Below, piece after piece: positions 13,281-26,519 of a stretch of 64,000 nucleotides of DNA. A model generated the notes under the pieces. It saw nothing but the letters and a program-made list of their open reading frames with translations. It was not told where the DNA came from and did no database searches. How positions within the stretch are numbered: position 1 is the stretch's first letter; each line of letters opens with the position of its first letter. The stretch comes from Octopus sinensis. Lineage: Eukaryota. Location: assembly GCF_006345805.1 (NCBI RefSeq), contig NC_043002.1, positions 77,190,001-77,254,000 on the forward strand. The letters run 5' to 3'. The position numbers and the translations under genes are program-made.

Positions 13281-13664
13281 ATACTCTTTTACTCTTTTAC
13301 TTGTTTCAGTCATTTGACTGCGGCCATGCTGGAGCACCACCTTTTAATCGAGCAACTCAACCCCGGGACTTATTCTTTTGTAAGCCTTGTACTTATTCTA
13401 TCGGTCTCTTTTGCCAAACCGCTAAGTAACATGGACATAAACACACAAGCATCGGTTGTCAAGCAATGCTAGGGGGACAAACACAGACACACAAACACAC
13501 ACACGCATATATATATACATATATACGATGGGCTTCTTTCAGTTTCCGTCTCCCAAATCCACTCACAAGGCTTTGGTCGGCCCGAGGCTATAGTAGAAGA
13601 CACTTGCCCAAGGTGCCACACAGTGGGACTGAACCCGGAACCATGTGGTTGGTAAACAAGCTAC
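13281..13664 (-). mobile_element. Family B SINE
   Basis: Near full-length match to the family B consensus seen in this window. Confidence 0.9.
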
Positions 13665-13939
13665 GTGTGTATATATGCACATATGCACCAGTCCATTCAA
13701 GTTAAAATGTACTTGTGTGAACACATGTCGACTTTGCCTTTTATCCTTTTGAGGTCAGTAAATCAAGTACCAGTTGTGTACTGGAGTCGATTTTACCAAC
13801 TGGTCCCCTCCCCCAAAATTTCAGGTTTTGTTCCTAGAGTAGAAAAGAATATATATATAAACAGGTATACAGTCAAAAGTTAAGAGCTAGAGATTCTAAA
13901 TATAGAAAACATAGTAGTGCTCATATGAGTTGATCTTAA

Positions 13940-13986
<47 letters not shown>

Positions 13987-14399
13987 GTGTGTGTGTGTGT
14001 GTGTGCGTGCGTGCGTGTGTGTGTGTAACAAACTGACAATTATTAGGACATTGGATAGTACACCTTGTGGTATTCGTTCTAGCTCTTGTGTGCTCTGAGT
14101 TCAAATCCCACAGCAATCACTTTTGTCTTTCATCCTTTCTGGATTAATATATAAAATACCAGTCCAGAGCAGTTAATTGACAGAATTACTAGAATATCAG
14201 ACAAGATATCTTTCAGCGACTATTCTGGTTCCTTGATTTCTGACAGCAATGCCTGTTCCTTGTCCCATGTCTCTCATCTCACATTTCAGTTGTTTTATGC
14301 CTTCTGTTCTTTTGCTATCCTGGCTTTGATTTCCCAGGTGGTCATCGTCATCCTCATAATCATCATCATCATTATCGTCATCGTCGTCGTCGTCATCAT

Positions 14400-14990
14400 C
14401 ATCATCATTGTTTAACGTCTGTTTCACATACTAGTATGGGTTAGATGGTTTGATAGGAGCTGGCAAGCCAGAGAACTGCACAGGCTCCAAATGTCTGATC
14501 TGGTTTGGTTTCTACACGTGGATGCCCTTTCTAATGCCAATTACATTGCAGAGTGTACTGGGTACTTTTTGCATGGCACCAGCATAGGTGCTTTATATGT
14601 GACACCAGCACAAATGCCTTTCATATGGTACCATATGCTTTTTACATGGCACCAACATGAATGTTTTTATATGGCACCAAAATGGGTGCCTTTTACATGA
14701 CACCAACAGGAATATATTTTATGTTGCATCAAAACGGGTGCATTTTACATGGCACCAACATGGATATTTTTTATGTGGCACCAAAACGGGTACATTTTAC
14801 ATGGCACCAATATGGATATTTTTTATGTGACACCAAAACGGGTACATTTTACATGGCACCAATATGGATGTTTTTTATGTGACACCAAAACGGGTGCATT
14901 TTACATGGCACCAAAAGGGGTGTTTTTTATGTGGAACCAAAATGGGTGCTTTTTATGTGGCACCAGCACCCACAGACCTGCAAGACAAAG
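14400..14990 (-). mobile_element. Family C element with an expanded internal 26/52-bp tandem array
   Basis: (CAT)n tail and family C body, then ttttacatggcaccaa/ttttatgtgacaccaa units from about 14540 to 14970. Confidence 0.85.
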
Positions 14991-15144
14991 ACCTCTCAGT
15001 TGAGAGAGGGAGTTGAGGGCATGGCCATAAAGGACATGGTTGTATCTATGGATGGTCATGGTTTTAGATTGACATGTCTTCTCAAGTACAGCAAATCACC
15101 AGAAGTCTCAGCCCCTTCTTAATGTTACTTTTGGTATTTTACCC

Positions 15145-15270
<126 letters not shown>

Positions 15271-15274
15271 ACCA

Positions 15275-15895
15275 TTTGAAGGCCCAATGGTCTCACAGTA
15301 TAGTTCTTCGTTTTATGCTTTGTTGGACCAGAAGATGTGATAGATTTTCCTCAGGCACCCATTGTGGAAGGCATTGATCTTAATCATCTTACCTTTTAAC
15401 ACTTGCCAGTATTCTGAGTCATAGATTAGGGCAGATTTGATATTACTCTTATAAAGCTGAATCTTAATCTTAAGACTGGATCACCTTATCTTCCAAATTG
15501 ACTGAAGTTTTGGGAATTCTCCATGAACTTTGGTAAGCCCTGCTTAGATATACTTTCATTTTGTCCTATTTACTTCGCTGGTAAAGCTTTCTTAGATATG
15601 TAAAGTCTTCTGCATACTCTGGTGGCTCACAATTGACTGTTATAGGTGTGGGTTGTCGTGGGAGTTTATCCATGACTTGTGTTTTTGTAGCATTGATGTT
15701 AAGACTACTCAGCTTTGTCTAATTTTTTAGCCCATCAGTTTCCTCCAGTATATGTTCTCTCCTTGAGGAGAGGGCTGTCAGGTCATCTGCATTGTCAAGA
15801 TTTTGTAAATGGGAGAAATGCATTCACTGGATGTCCTTAGCAATTATCAGATGAGGTCTTACACATGATCCAATCGATGATAACTATGGCCTTTA
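15275..15895 (-). pseudogene. Decayed RTE-clade LINE reverse transcriptase fragment
   Basis: Manual minus-strand translation gives HLQNLDNADDLTALS (FADD-region homolog), LNINATKTQVM and EDFTYL, then segments resembling KIRLYNSNVKSVLLYGSECW and AFHNGCLRKI; multiple stops and frameshifts. Confidence 0.8.
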
Positions 15896-16109
15896 TAACT
15901 ATGTAATAACACACACTCACACATGTACATTTTGCTCAATTTTCTATTCAGTGATGGGTGAAATATCTAAATTCTTAAAAGACACAAATAAAAGAACTTT
16001 AATCTTTGAAACCTGAGTATTTCATTTAGGCTAATTCACACTACTCTGTAAGGAGCATGGTTTCTCTGGCATATATATTTCTCCCTGAATAGAATGCTGG
16101 TTTGTGCAG

Positions 16110-16255
16110 AATTATGCATTTTTACCAGCTGAGTGGAGCAGAGCAACATGAAATGAAGTATTTTGCTCAACAACACTATGTCGCCCAGTCCAGGAACTGA
16201 AACCACAATATTACAATCATGTGTTGAACACCCAAACCACTAAGCCATATGCCTT
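16110..16255 (-). mobile_element. Family D SINE fragment (others at about 39600-39790 and 46900-47120, both minus)
   Basis: Motif ccagctgagtgga...gagcaacatgaaatgaagt...ttgctcaa, the reverse complement of the 11572 body. Confidence 0.7.
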
Positions 16256-17519
16256 CACTATTTCATAAAGACTTGTATAAAGTTAAGATCCTAAAACTGG
16301 GTGAATCCCTCTTTCATGATTTCAGATTAATTTTCTTTAAAATTGAAATAAATTGATTTGGCATGAAGAAAATTAATAATTTAATGTTTAGGTAAGGAAC
16401 CCATCAGTGGAAAGAGATGTTTTCTGATGGTACCAAAAGAAAAATTGGAAGTAGAAACTAAGTTCCACTGTTATACCATTTAAACTCTATTTATTGACAA
16501 TGACCATTGCTTGGTTCCTTGGATGCTATTTTTCTTAAAAATAATTTGTTTTACAATTCTCATGACTGGAATCTGTATAAAACTGTGATCACTGCTATTA
16601 TATTAGCATTCTGTTTTATTAACTTGCAACGAAATTAAGTGAGCTGTATGAAGGAGTATGATCTCATGTATCTGTGTGATCACTTGACATGCTAGAAATA
16701 CCAGCAAAATTTCCCTCACATTACATTTATCACTCTAAAAAAAGGTAAGACATACCCTAATATATTTCGTGTATGTTTAACAAAAAAGCAGTGATGGGAT
16801 GGTCATAGCTGGAATGTTCTTTATCATATATTTGCTCATTCAAGACTAATTTAGAGTTATAGCCACACATCATGTATAGAAACACACACACATGCACATA
16901 CACGCACGCATGCACACACGCATGCACACACATACACATACACACACACACACAGCTTAGCAGAACTACAATCAAAACATTAGCAACACAAAGCTGCCCA
17001 TGGGCTAAATATCTATATAACCAGAATCTTAGCTACAGGATCAAGGACAGTCTACTTCCATAAGTCAATATTTTGCTGTAGAGCCCTCAAAAGGCTGAAA
17101 CATTTCCAAAGTTGTCCCTATATTTCCCAAAGATCAGTTTCACTTCCCACTACATTCCCCCATTAAGTTTGTAATCAATTTTGATTAATTAAAATTCTGA
17201 AGTTTTCTCCCACTCCCTTTTTAATGAGAGTTAATCATTATACTAATAATTTTTTCTCATTAATATTAGTATAATTTTATTGGTTAAAATGGTTTGGCTC
17301 ACTACATCAAACATGTCAGAGTCCTCCTAACTATTTGTTTTTTGTACAGATGTCCTTCAATAATTCTTCCACTCCCCTTCATCCATTCTTTCTCTATATT
17401 CTGAATTTGATATTTTAGCTCACTATTTTGTCCAGTTGCTTTCAGAAGTATGACTTTTAATAATTCATGCTAGGAACTAATTGCTAAAAGTTTAATGTAA
17501 ATCATATTAATCATTGTAA

Positions 17520-17700
17520 GAAGGTGGTGAGCTGGCAGAATCATTAGCATGCCAGGCAAAACTGTTTAGCATTTCATTTGTCTTTACATTCTGAGTTCAA
17601 AATCCACCAAGATTGACTTTGCCTTTCATCCTTGCAGGGTCAATGTAAGTGACTTATCCCCAACCTCGAAATTGCTGGCCTTGCGCTAAAATTTGAAGCC
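17520..17700 (+). mobile_element. Family A SINE
   Basis: Head aaggtggtgagctggcagaatcattag; B box ttctgagttcaaaatcc. Confidence 0.85.
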
Positions 17701-20094
17701 AGTATATTAATCATTATAAGAAAAAAATTTAAGTTAGGAAAGAACAAAAAGTTCATTGACAGAACTTGAACCATGTACTGATTCCTTACCTGGCATCCAC
17801 ATTGACATTTACTTCATTGAAGACCCACCATTCCACCTTCTCAAGTTAAATACTATAAATTCTTTCTGTTATTTTAACTGTTCTGTTTTACCTTGACCTG
17901 ACACTTTATCAGTCATTTTCTGCTAACAGTACAGGATAGGATTTTACTAATGTCCTACATAACACTATAAAACACTATAGCATAAAACAACTTAAAGTGT
18001 AGAAATCAATCAGAAGATTATTGATCATTGTTGTTTATGAGGAAAATACATATACAAGGACACAAGAACTGTGCAGTGATAGATATGTTCAAGTTCACAG
18101 CTTCTGGTAGCACTCATAATATCCTTTACAATATAACTATGTTAACTGTAACACTTGTTATCAGTAACTTAGAACTTTTATATTTACTACACATAACTGT
18201 TGTAATTATAAGTTCTATTGACAATGTATAAGTCCTTTCAAGTTGGTAGCTTTTGCTAGAAACTTTAACAACTACTATATATGATGATTTTCAGTCAATA
18301 AGGAAACTCTCTCTTTCAAATTTACCCCTGCTAGAAGTACTTTATAAATATTACTACATATTAATTTTGTCGGTGTAAATTCTTTTGACAAATATGCATC
18401 CATTTCGAGTCCATTGCTGTTAGCAATAAGCACCAGTGTTTACTGCTCTGATGTATGGAAATGAGTATCTTACTCAGTATCTAGCATTCAACATTGTATC
18501 TGAAAAAAAGCCAATTTCTATGATCATCAGCCAACTTTCATTTATTAACTGCCTCCAACTCATACTTCCTGTTTCTATTTGTTCTTTCATAACAATAATG
18601 TTCTTTGCTTTCATATGCTTCTTTCCCCTGTTAAAACCAATTTGATGTCTTTCCACTTCCAATCCTGTGTATCATTTACCATTCATTCAACTTTGAACAG
18701 AATCCTTCTCTCTACAGATGTTGTATCTCTCTAAAATCCCATAACCAGTTATAGGTAGCTTTCCTTATCTCATTCTGTTTGACCTTTTCTAAAGGAAAAA
18801 TCATATTGAACAAGGTGGAGAAGTGATACAGGTCCCAACACAGTCAACCTTAGATCTCTTTCTCATTTAAATTGTAAAACCTGTTTAATCAATTTCCTTG
18901 TTAACCTTAACTGAATCTAAAATATTATGATGTGATATGAGGAAGATCTGGCTGCTTTTTCTTCCATGTTGAGCTACCATAGAGTTACCTACTTTTTTGC
19001 TGGGCTGATATCATATTAGTGTTTATAATAGAAGCTATTTTCATCTGTCCCTCAATAGTTCTTTAGTATTTCGTAAAACATACCACATCAAACCAAATGT
19101 TTTACATACAAGTCTATTTTGTTAGGTTTCATTTTGTTTCTTCCCAAATATCTCTGACCTTTGGGATGAGTAAGTAATATCAGTCTAGACATTTAGGATT
19201 TTGTTTCAGTGCCATAGTTTTGACACCTAACTTTATAAACTAGTTATGATCAACTTGCATGCTTGTGCACAGATGTGCACAATCATATGTATGTAAAGTA
19301 AGATGCATATATATATATGAGCTATAGCATAATAAGGAAACATTTTCAAATATTCATTCACTCCACCCTGTCTATTTCCACTAGACTAAATCAGATTATG
19401 AACAAGGCAGACTGTTTAGACATGACATGAAATTCATTATTAAATTGGAGGTTACAAGTTTAAAAAGCTACTTAGGTCTAGTGTAAAACCAATTTATATA
19501 CGAGTAGATACCATAAAAATCTGTAAGTAAGTTAGAGCAAAGATGTATTATTATTTATACACATATATGGTAACCATCTGAGAATTGATGTTTAGAAGTA
19601 GAGAAGATCAAAAGGCTAAAATCAGATATATCAGTCGTAAGACAATGTTAATAAATATTGTAAATGTCAATATTTATATATCTTTGTATATTTAGCCCTC
19701 CCATCCAGTCACTTACTCAGTCAGTTTTTCACTTATTCATTCAGTCCTTCATTATATTTTCTCTCAACAGTCTTTCTTATTGTGTGAATAACTTTCCTTC
19801 TTTCAATTTTCAAATAAATTCTGTGGTAGAAAGGAAATTAATTTCTATTAATGAAGTATTGTTCAATACCAGTATCAGATCGATAATACCTAATTCTAAA
19901 TTGATTAATCTTAGCCTAAGAATCTATCGATTCCATATTACCCAAGCAAATCCATGTCATTCCATAACTCTCTGTTAATTATGTAAGTTCAGAAGGTCAA
20001 AGCAACATATTTGAACCGTTCGTGTATGAAGACTTTGACTCAGTAAAATTAGTAGAAAGCGGCATTGCCTCATCTTATTGTGTCTTCCAAGTGA

Positions 20095-20402
20095 TTATCT
20101 TTTAATTGTCATCCTCATCATCATCATCCTCATCACCCTCATCATAATCGTCATCATCGTCATCATCATCATTGTTGTCATCATCATCATCATCACCATC
20201 ATCACCATCATCATCGTCGTCGTCATCATCATCATCACCATCACTTTTATCGTCATTGTCGTCATCGTTAGTATCACCATCATTATCATCATCACCATCA
20301 TCACTATCATCATCATCATCATCGTCGTCGTCGTCGTTATCATCATCATCATCACCATCATCGTCATTCTCGTCATTGTCAGTATCACAATCATCATCAT
20401 CA
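20095..20402. repeat. (CAT/CGT/CAC)n compound microsatellite
   Basis: Directly visible; source of the poly-D/M/I/S ORFs. Confidence 0.95.
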
Positions 20403-21393
20403 TTTTCCATTTGATCTGGTCTATTTCTTTTCATTTCATTCTGTGAATGTATTTCTTTTCTGAAGCAGCTATAATTCTTCCTTTCCACACACACACACAC
20501 ACACACACACATCTTTGTTCTTAAAGTCATTTCAGTAAATTTCTAAAAATACCTGTCTTTCTTTTTGAAAACATATTCTAATAATTAGATAGGGGAAACT
20601 ATCTAATTAATGATGAAAGTGAATGTACAACTCTTCATTACAATTATGGAATTTTTTTTTTGTATGTGTGTGTGTGCTCTGTTTGTGTCTGTATATGTTC
20701 AGTATGGATGCCAATGTAGTTGAGTGGTAAAGAAGTTTGCTACAGTTATGAAATCAAGGGTTCAGTCCCACTTCATGGCATCTTGGGCATTTTTTTATTA
20801 TCAATACCTCGAGTTCATCTAAGTTTTGCGAGTGATATTGAGTAGGAGGAAACTGTGTCGAAGCTATAAAGATGAATTGTATCAACAGGTCAAAGGCCCA
20901 GCTTTATAACGCTGTATCACAATTATGTTAATTGTACATTTGTCTGTGGAATATTCGACCACTTACACACTATTTTAATGAGCCTCATAGTTCAGTTGAT
21001 TGGACAACTTTGTTCATATATTCTTCCTAACAGAACAGTTCATCATCTTATTATGTATATATGCATGTATGTACAAGTGTATGACTATCCCTTTATTTCT
21101 CTATATCTCTTCCTCTCCCCCACTCTCTCTCTCACTCTCTCTCTGAGTGTGTAGGTGTATTTAAAGAATGCCTTTCAGTTTACTCTTCTCTCCCTCCCCA
21201 ACTTCCCATCTCTAATTGAAGATAGTCAAAGATTATGTTTGCCAAGGATTATCTCTCAACTATTTTAGGTTTTTGTAAGCTTTTGTTGCAGTTTTCAATT
21301 CCGTCTTTGGTTTCAGTTAAATGATTATAGCACCTGGTTAATGCCGAGATAAATTTAGATATTCATTTCAGCTGACTTAAAACGATAAAATAC

Positions 21394-21469
21394 CTTAAAC
21401 CCAACCACCGATAGATAACAAGGTTTAATATAATCCATAAGCCAAGATAAACACAAATGTATTTCACAT
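21394..21469 (-). CDS. Putative 76-nt coding exon encoding a transmembrane-like helix (xVKYICVYLGLWIILNLVIYRWLGL)
   Basis: Strong acceptor ...cattacttcattttttactgtcag| and donor aag|gtattt. Open, hydrophobic frame. Phase-2 exit matches 2938-2969. Confidence 0.45.
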
Positions 21470-21554
21470 CTGACAGTAAAAAATGAAGTAATGGTCTGCA
21501 TACATAGTTAATTCTTCTATGTCAATAAAATAAAAAGAGGGTTCAGTGTTTTTT

Positions 21555-21632
21555 TTTTACATTATTTACATTTGACAAGTATTTGTCCTCATCTTGTTTG
21601 TTGTTGACACAATGTTTTGGCTGATATACCTT
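21555..21632 (-). mobile_element. 5'-truncated 3' end of the tRNA-hammerhead SINE family
   Basis: Reverse complement ggtatatcagccaaaacattgtgtcaacaacaaacaagatgaggacaaatac matches 24404-24470. Confidence 0.85.
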
Positions 21633-21917
21633 GAACAAGCAAATATCTTCTTCAATAGCCTCAGATTCACCTATTCTCTGTGAGTGGAATTGGCTAAATT
21701 GAAACTTTGAGAGAGAAAGCTCATCATAATTACATGTGTGTGTGTGTGTGTGTTTTTGTGTGTTAGATACATTTTATACATGTATATTTTACACCACCAT
21801 TGTATACGGGCCAGGATATGAATTCACTCTAGGGATTGGTTCATTGGAGTCATGTGATCAATGACGTTTTTGTTCACAAATAGCAATGTAAAATGCAAAT
21901 GTATAAATGACATAGCC

Positions 21918-22575
21918 ACAGGCATGGCTGTGTGATTAAGGGGCTTGCTTTGCTACCACATGGTTTCAGGTTCAGTCCCACGGCATGGTAACTTGGGCAA
22001 GTATCTTCTACTATAGTTTCAGGCTAACAAATGCCTTGTGAGAGAATTTGGTAGATGGAAACTGTGAAGAAGCCTACAGATGCGAGTATGTGTGTTTGTG
22101 TTTGTGTGTGTGTCTGTGTGTGTGTATTTATGTTGTTTGTCCCTTGCCACTGCTTAACAACCAGTGTTGGTTTATTCCTGTCTTTGTTGTTTGGCAAAAG
22201 ACACTTATAGAATTAGTACCAAACTTTAAAAAAAAAATGAGAGAAAAATGAATTGAAATCGATTTGTGTGGGTATATGTTTGTGTGTCTGTTTTTGTCCC
22301 CTTAACATCACTTGACAACCAATGCTGGTGTGCTTACATCCCCATAACTTAGCAGTTCAGCAAAAGAGACCAATAGAATAAGTACTAGGCTTACAAAGAA
22401 TAAGTCCTGGGGTCACTTTGGTCGACTAAAGGCAGTGCTCCAACATGGCCACTGTCAAATGACTGAAACAAGTAAAAGAGTAAAAGAGTAAAAGAGTAAA
22501 AGAGTAACTAAAGCCTTCAAGGTAGTGCCCCAGCATGGCTGCGGTCCAATGACTGAAACAAGTAAAAGATAAAAA
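21918..22575 (+). mobile_element. Family B SINE plus a second 3' half with a duplicated tail
   Basis: Consensus match; (gtaaaaga)n tail at about 22472-22506. Confidence 0.85.
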
Positions 22576-22979
22576 TTAAAGTACTATACCCCTTCCTTAC
22601 AAAATTTCTAGCTTCATGCCATTATTAGAAATCAATAACAGGAGGAGAGAAGCATGAAGGTAACGGTCCCAGAAGGTTGAAAAGGGCAAGTTAGAGAAGG
22701 TGTCTGAACCAGCCTAATAGTTTTCTGATGCATTTAATGATGAGGCAGGAGTTAAGAGTTATGACACAAGACAAAACATTGTGAAATACTTGTCTTTCTC
22801 ACTTGTCAGTTATCAGCTGTCAAACCATGAACACAGATCTTTATCACTAAATTAACTTCCCTGTCAAAATCACTATAAATGTATGTTGGGATTGTTGAAC
22901 ATTTTGAAACAGTAGGTTTATATGTAACCAATCTTCACAGTGACATTAAATAGCAGTTATACTTTAAAATGATGCTGCA

Positions 22980-23360
22980 AGGTGGCAAGCAAGCAGAACT
23001 GTTAGCACGCTGGGCAGGGGCAGACTGGGAGTATTAAGGACCCTCAGGCATAACTGTTTATCAGGCCCCTTTGAATGTGTGTTTTAGTAGAGTTAACATG
23101 TAGAGTGTGGGCCCCTCAGAGCACCTGGCCCTCGGGCAGTGCCCAATTGACCGATAGCTCAGTCCACCCCTGACGCTGGACAAAATTCTTAGCAGCATTT
23201 CATCCGTCTTTATGTTCTGAGTTCAAATTCTGCCAAGATTGACTTTTCCCTTTCATCCTTTCAGGGTTGATTAAAATAAATAGCAGTAGAACAGTGGGGT
23301 AAATGTAATCAACTTACCTCTCCCCTGAAATTGCTGGCTTTGTGCCAAAATTTGAAATTA
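22980..23360 (+). mobile_element. Family A SINE interrupted by a hAT-type MITE
   Basis: The family A sequence resumes directly after the TSD at 23173. Confidence 0.85.
23015..23172. mobile_element. 158-bp hAT-type MITE
   Basis: TIRs caggggcagactg (23015-23027) and cagtccacccctg (23160-23172); 8-bp TSD acgctggg/acgctgga. Confidence 0.85.
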
Positions 23361-24174
23361 ATATCTTAACATGTTGCAGCTTCAAATATTGATTTTGAAA
23401 TGTGAATTTGGCCAGTCTGCAATTTATGATATTCCAATTTTTGATGTTCCAACTAAATTCTATAAAGTATCAGAGAAGAGGATCTTAAATTCACACACAT
23501 TACAAGTTAAATATTGACAACATGTCAAGTAGTAACATAACTCTCTCCTTCCTACAACTCTCTCTATCTCAGTCTTTCTTTCTTTCTTTCTTTCCTTCTG
23601 TGTGTGTGTATGTGTGTGTGCATGTGCATATGTGTCTTTGTCTTTGTACCCTCTCCTCCACCACCACTTGACAACCAGTACTGATTTGTTTACATCTCAT
23701 TAACTTAGTAGCTCAGCAAAAAAGATTAATATAATAAGTACAAGACTTAATAATAAGCCCTGGGGCCAGTTGGCTCAGCTAAACGTTTCAAGGTAGTGCC
23801 CCCAGCAAGGCCACAGTCTGAAATAAATATAACATAAAAAGTAAATTGAAGTAGAAACCTGAAATTCTAGACATCCCTCTTGTTTGGTAGAAATTTTGCC
23901 CCTTCCAGCACTATTTTGTCTTTGTTTTGGAGGATCAGCCTACCTGAATGTGCTGCAGGCTGTGACATCTACCTATATATTATGGTGGTACCATTTGTGA
24001 GCCATTTACTTGTGGTCAACCTGATAGCAAATTTTCAGGCATTGAGCCGGCAGAATCACTAGTATGCCAAACAAAAAGCCTAGCGGCATTTCTTCCGACT
24101 TTATGTCCTGAATTCAAATGCCACCAGGGTTGACTTTGCCTTTCATCCTTTTGAAGTTGATAAAATAAGTACCA

Positions 24175-24485
24175 TGGGCATATGGTGTAGTGGTTAAGAG
24201 TGTGGGCTACTAACCCTAAGATTCCAAGTTCAATTCCAGGCAGTTACCTGAATAATAATAATAATAATAATATAATAATAATAATAATGATATTAATAAT
24301 AATATTAATAATAATAATAATAATAATGATAACATTGAAATATACCTTAGGAATGAAAACCCAGGTTCAAAATTTCCCCCAAGACACCTGATGAAGGCTG
24401 GAGGGTATATCAGCCGAAACGTTGTGTTAACAACAAACAAGATGAGGACAAATATCCGTCAATTGTAAATAATGTAAATAGTGTT
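24175..24485 (+). mobile_element. tRNA-headed SINE carrying a minimal hammerhead ribozyme motif
   Basis: A box TGGTGTAGTGG at 24183-24193; B box AGTTCAATTCC at 24227-24237; (AAT)n linker; hammerhead at 24383-24428; TSD aaataagtacca (24163-24174) / aaataagtagca (24486-24497). Confidence 0.85.
24383..24428 (+). ncRNA. Type I minimal hammerhead ribozyme motif with an intact core
   Basis: GACAC-CUGAUGA-A-GGCUG[GAGGGUAUAU]CAGCC-GAA-ACGU-U/GUGUU. Stem I GACAC:GUGUU, 5-bp stem II, loopless palindromic stem III ACGU, predicted cleavage after U24423. Confidence 0.8.
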
Positions 24486-24869
24486 AAATAAGTAGCAGCT
24501 GAGCGCTAGGGTCGATGTAATCAGCTTATCTTTCCCAGAGCGGAAGGCAGTGAGTTGGCAGAATCATTACCACAACAGACAAAAAAAGTATTTTGCTATA
24601 TTTCTTCCGATTTTATGTTCTGAGTTTGAATTCTGCCAAGGTTAACTTTACTTTTCATCCTTTTGAGGTTGTTAAAATAAATACCAATTGAGCACTGAGG
24701 TCAATGTAATCAACTTACCTCCTCCCTCAAAACTGCTGGCCTTGTGCCAAAATTTGAAACCAATATGATGGCTAAACATTTTGTATATGGAAACTGGATT
24801 TAGATTGAAACTGAAATTTCCTTTCTGTTAGTATGGTTGATTTGTTACACTATTATTCATTGATCTTCT

Positions 24870-25310
24870 ATCATCATCATCATCATCGTTTAACATCCGC
24901 TTTCCATGGGTTGGACGATTTGACTAAGGACTGGCGAACCAGATGGCTGCACCAGGCTCCAATCTGATCTAGCAGAGTTTCTACAGCTGGATGCCCTTCC
25001 TAACGCTAACCAGTTCAAGAATGTAGTGGGTGCTTTTATGTGCCACTGGCACGAGGGCCAGTCAGGTGGTACTGGCAACGGCCACACTCAAATGGTGTTT
25101 TTTACATGCCACCTGCACAGGAGCCAGTCCAGCGGCACTGGCAACGATCTCACTTGAATGTATTTTCACGTGCCACCAACACAAGTACCAGTAATGCAAC
25201 ACTGGTAACAATCACACTCAAATGGTGCTTTTTACGTTCCACCGGCATGGAAGCCAGTTAGCTGCTCTGGCAATGATCACGCTTGGATGGTGCTCTTAGC
25301 GCTTCTATGT
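24870..25310 (-). mobile_element. Family C element with internal sub-repeats
   Basis: (CAT)n tail and conserved body. Confidence 0.85.
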
Positions 25311-25934
25311 CGATAGTAAATTTGAATATAAAGTAAAAGAAATTCTTTAAGAACATACATTGCAGATTATTTCTTAATTTCATTTTTCATCCCACACAAT
25401 GAAAACATTGTTAAAAAATTGATGTTCTCTCAAAACAGCTTCCATCCTTTTACAAAAAAAAATGGATCATACTATACACAGGGAAACATAAAATGATAAA
25501 CTTCCTATTTTTCATAAATCCAGTTATAAAAGAATTAACAATATCAAAAACTCTAAGAGAAGTTTTATTAATCATGAGCTACAATAACAACAAACAATAT
25601 TCCAGTTGATCAATATTAAAGAAAGGATATTTCATTGAATATTTCCATAAAATCAATTACATCCACTATGTACCCATACAGGACAAAATGACATAGAAAT
25701 CACATAGCATAATATATTTTTGTTATACAAGCAGTGTCGTATATCATTGTCATACAAGCAGAGTGATTTGTTTCCATAAAAACACGTTCAGTCATGACAA
25801 ATATTACCTTGATTGAAAACAAGTGTCAGTACTTGGAGGGGCATAGAAAATCTGCCTCAACAAATTTCATCTTACTTATGCAAACATGGAAATATTAAAA
25901 TGATGATGATGATGATGTAGAATTAACATGGAGG

Positions 25935-26290
25935 TGAGGGTGTGACTGTAAGGTAAGAAATTAGCTTCTCAAACACATGGTTCTGAGTTCAGTCACACTG
26001 CACAGCTCCTTGGGGAAGACTTTTACTATAGCTCTGGAGTGACCAAAGACTTGTGAAACTGAAAGAAGCCCATTGTATGCGTGCATGTGTATGTATGTGT
26101 GTGTGTGTGTGTGTGTCCACCACTGCTTGACAATCTGTGTTGGTTTATATGAGTCCCCATAACTTAGCAGCTCAACAAAAAGAACTCATGAAAATAAGTA
26201 CCAAACTGGGGGTCAGCTTCTTCACTAAACCCTTCATGGTGGTGCCCCAGCATGGCAACAATCCAATAACTGAAAGAAGTAAAAGGTAAA
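25935..26290 (+). mobile_element. Family B SINE (diverged)
   Basis: Consensus match. Confidence 0.8.
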
Positions 26291-26519
26291 CAATAAAAAA
26301 TGATATAAGATATCTATAAAAGAACAAGTCACTGCCAAAACAATATCTTAAAAATAGCATGTTAATACTTGCTTTTACCAAAAATAATTCATAAACTCAA
26401 CATAACAGCCACATTCTTCCCATAACATCCCAGCCTTCCATCTATTCATTAAATTATTGTGTCTTATCTTAGATATTAGATTATTTCAAAAGGAAAGCTA
26501 TCTTCATACTCCATCCTAC

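Larger units (their letters stand above)
24045..24535 (+). mobile_element. Family A SINE split by a tRNA-hammerhead SINE insertion; a second family A copy follows at about 24545-24770
   Basis: The host consensus aaataagtacca|gttgagcactggggtcgatgtaatc is interrupted at the TSD. Confidence 0.85.

Noticed and set aside
19126-19522. Two plus-strand exon candidates (19126-19169 and 19451-19522) with gtaagt donors
   Set aside because: The second has a poor GAG acceptor, the joined peptide is unrecognisable, and there is no supporting series of plus-strand exons.
20967-21026. Minus-strand segment with a good acceptor and gtaagt donor
   Set aside because: It has stops in all three frames, so it cannot be coding; a non-coding exon cannot be supported from sequence alone.
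24176-24250. tRNA-like sequence (anticodon-like ACT) as a real tRNA gene
   Set aside because: Acceptor and T stems do not pair properly, there is no T-run terminator, and it is part of a TSD-flanked repeat. The same applies to all SINE heads in the window.
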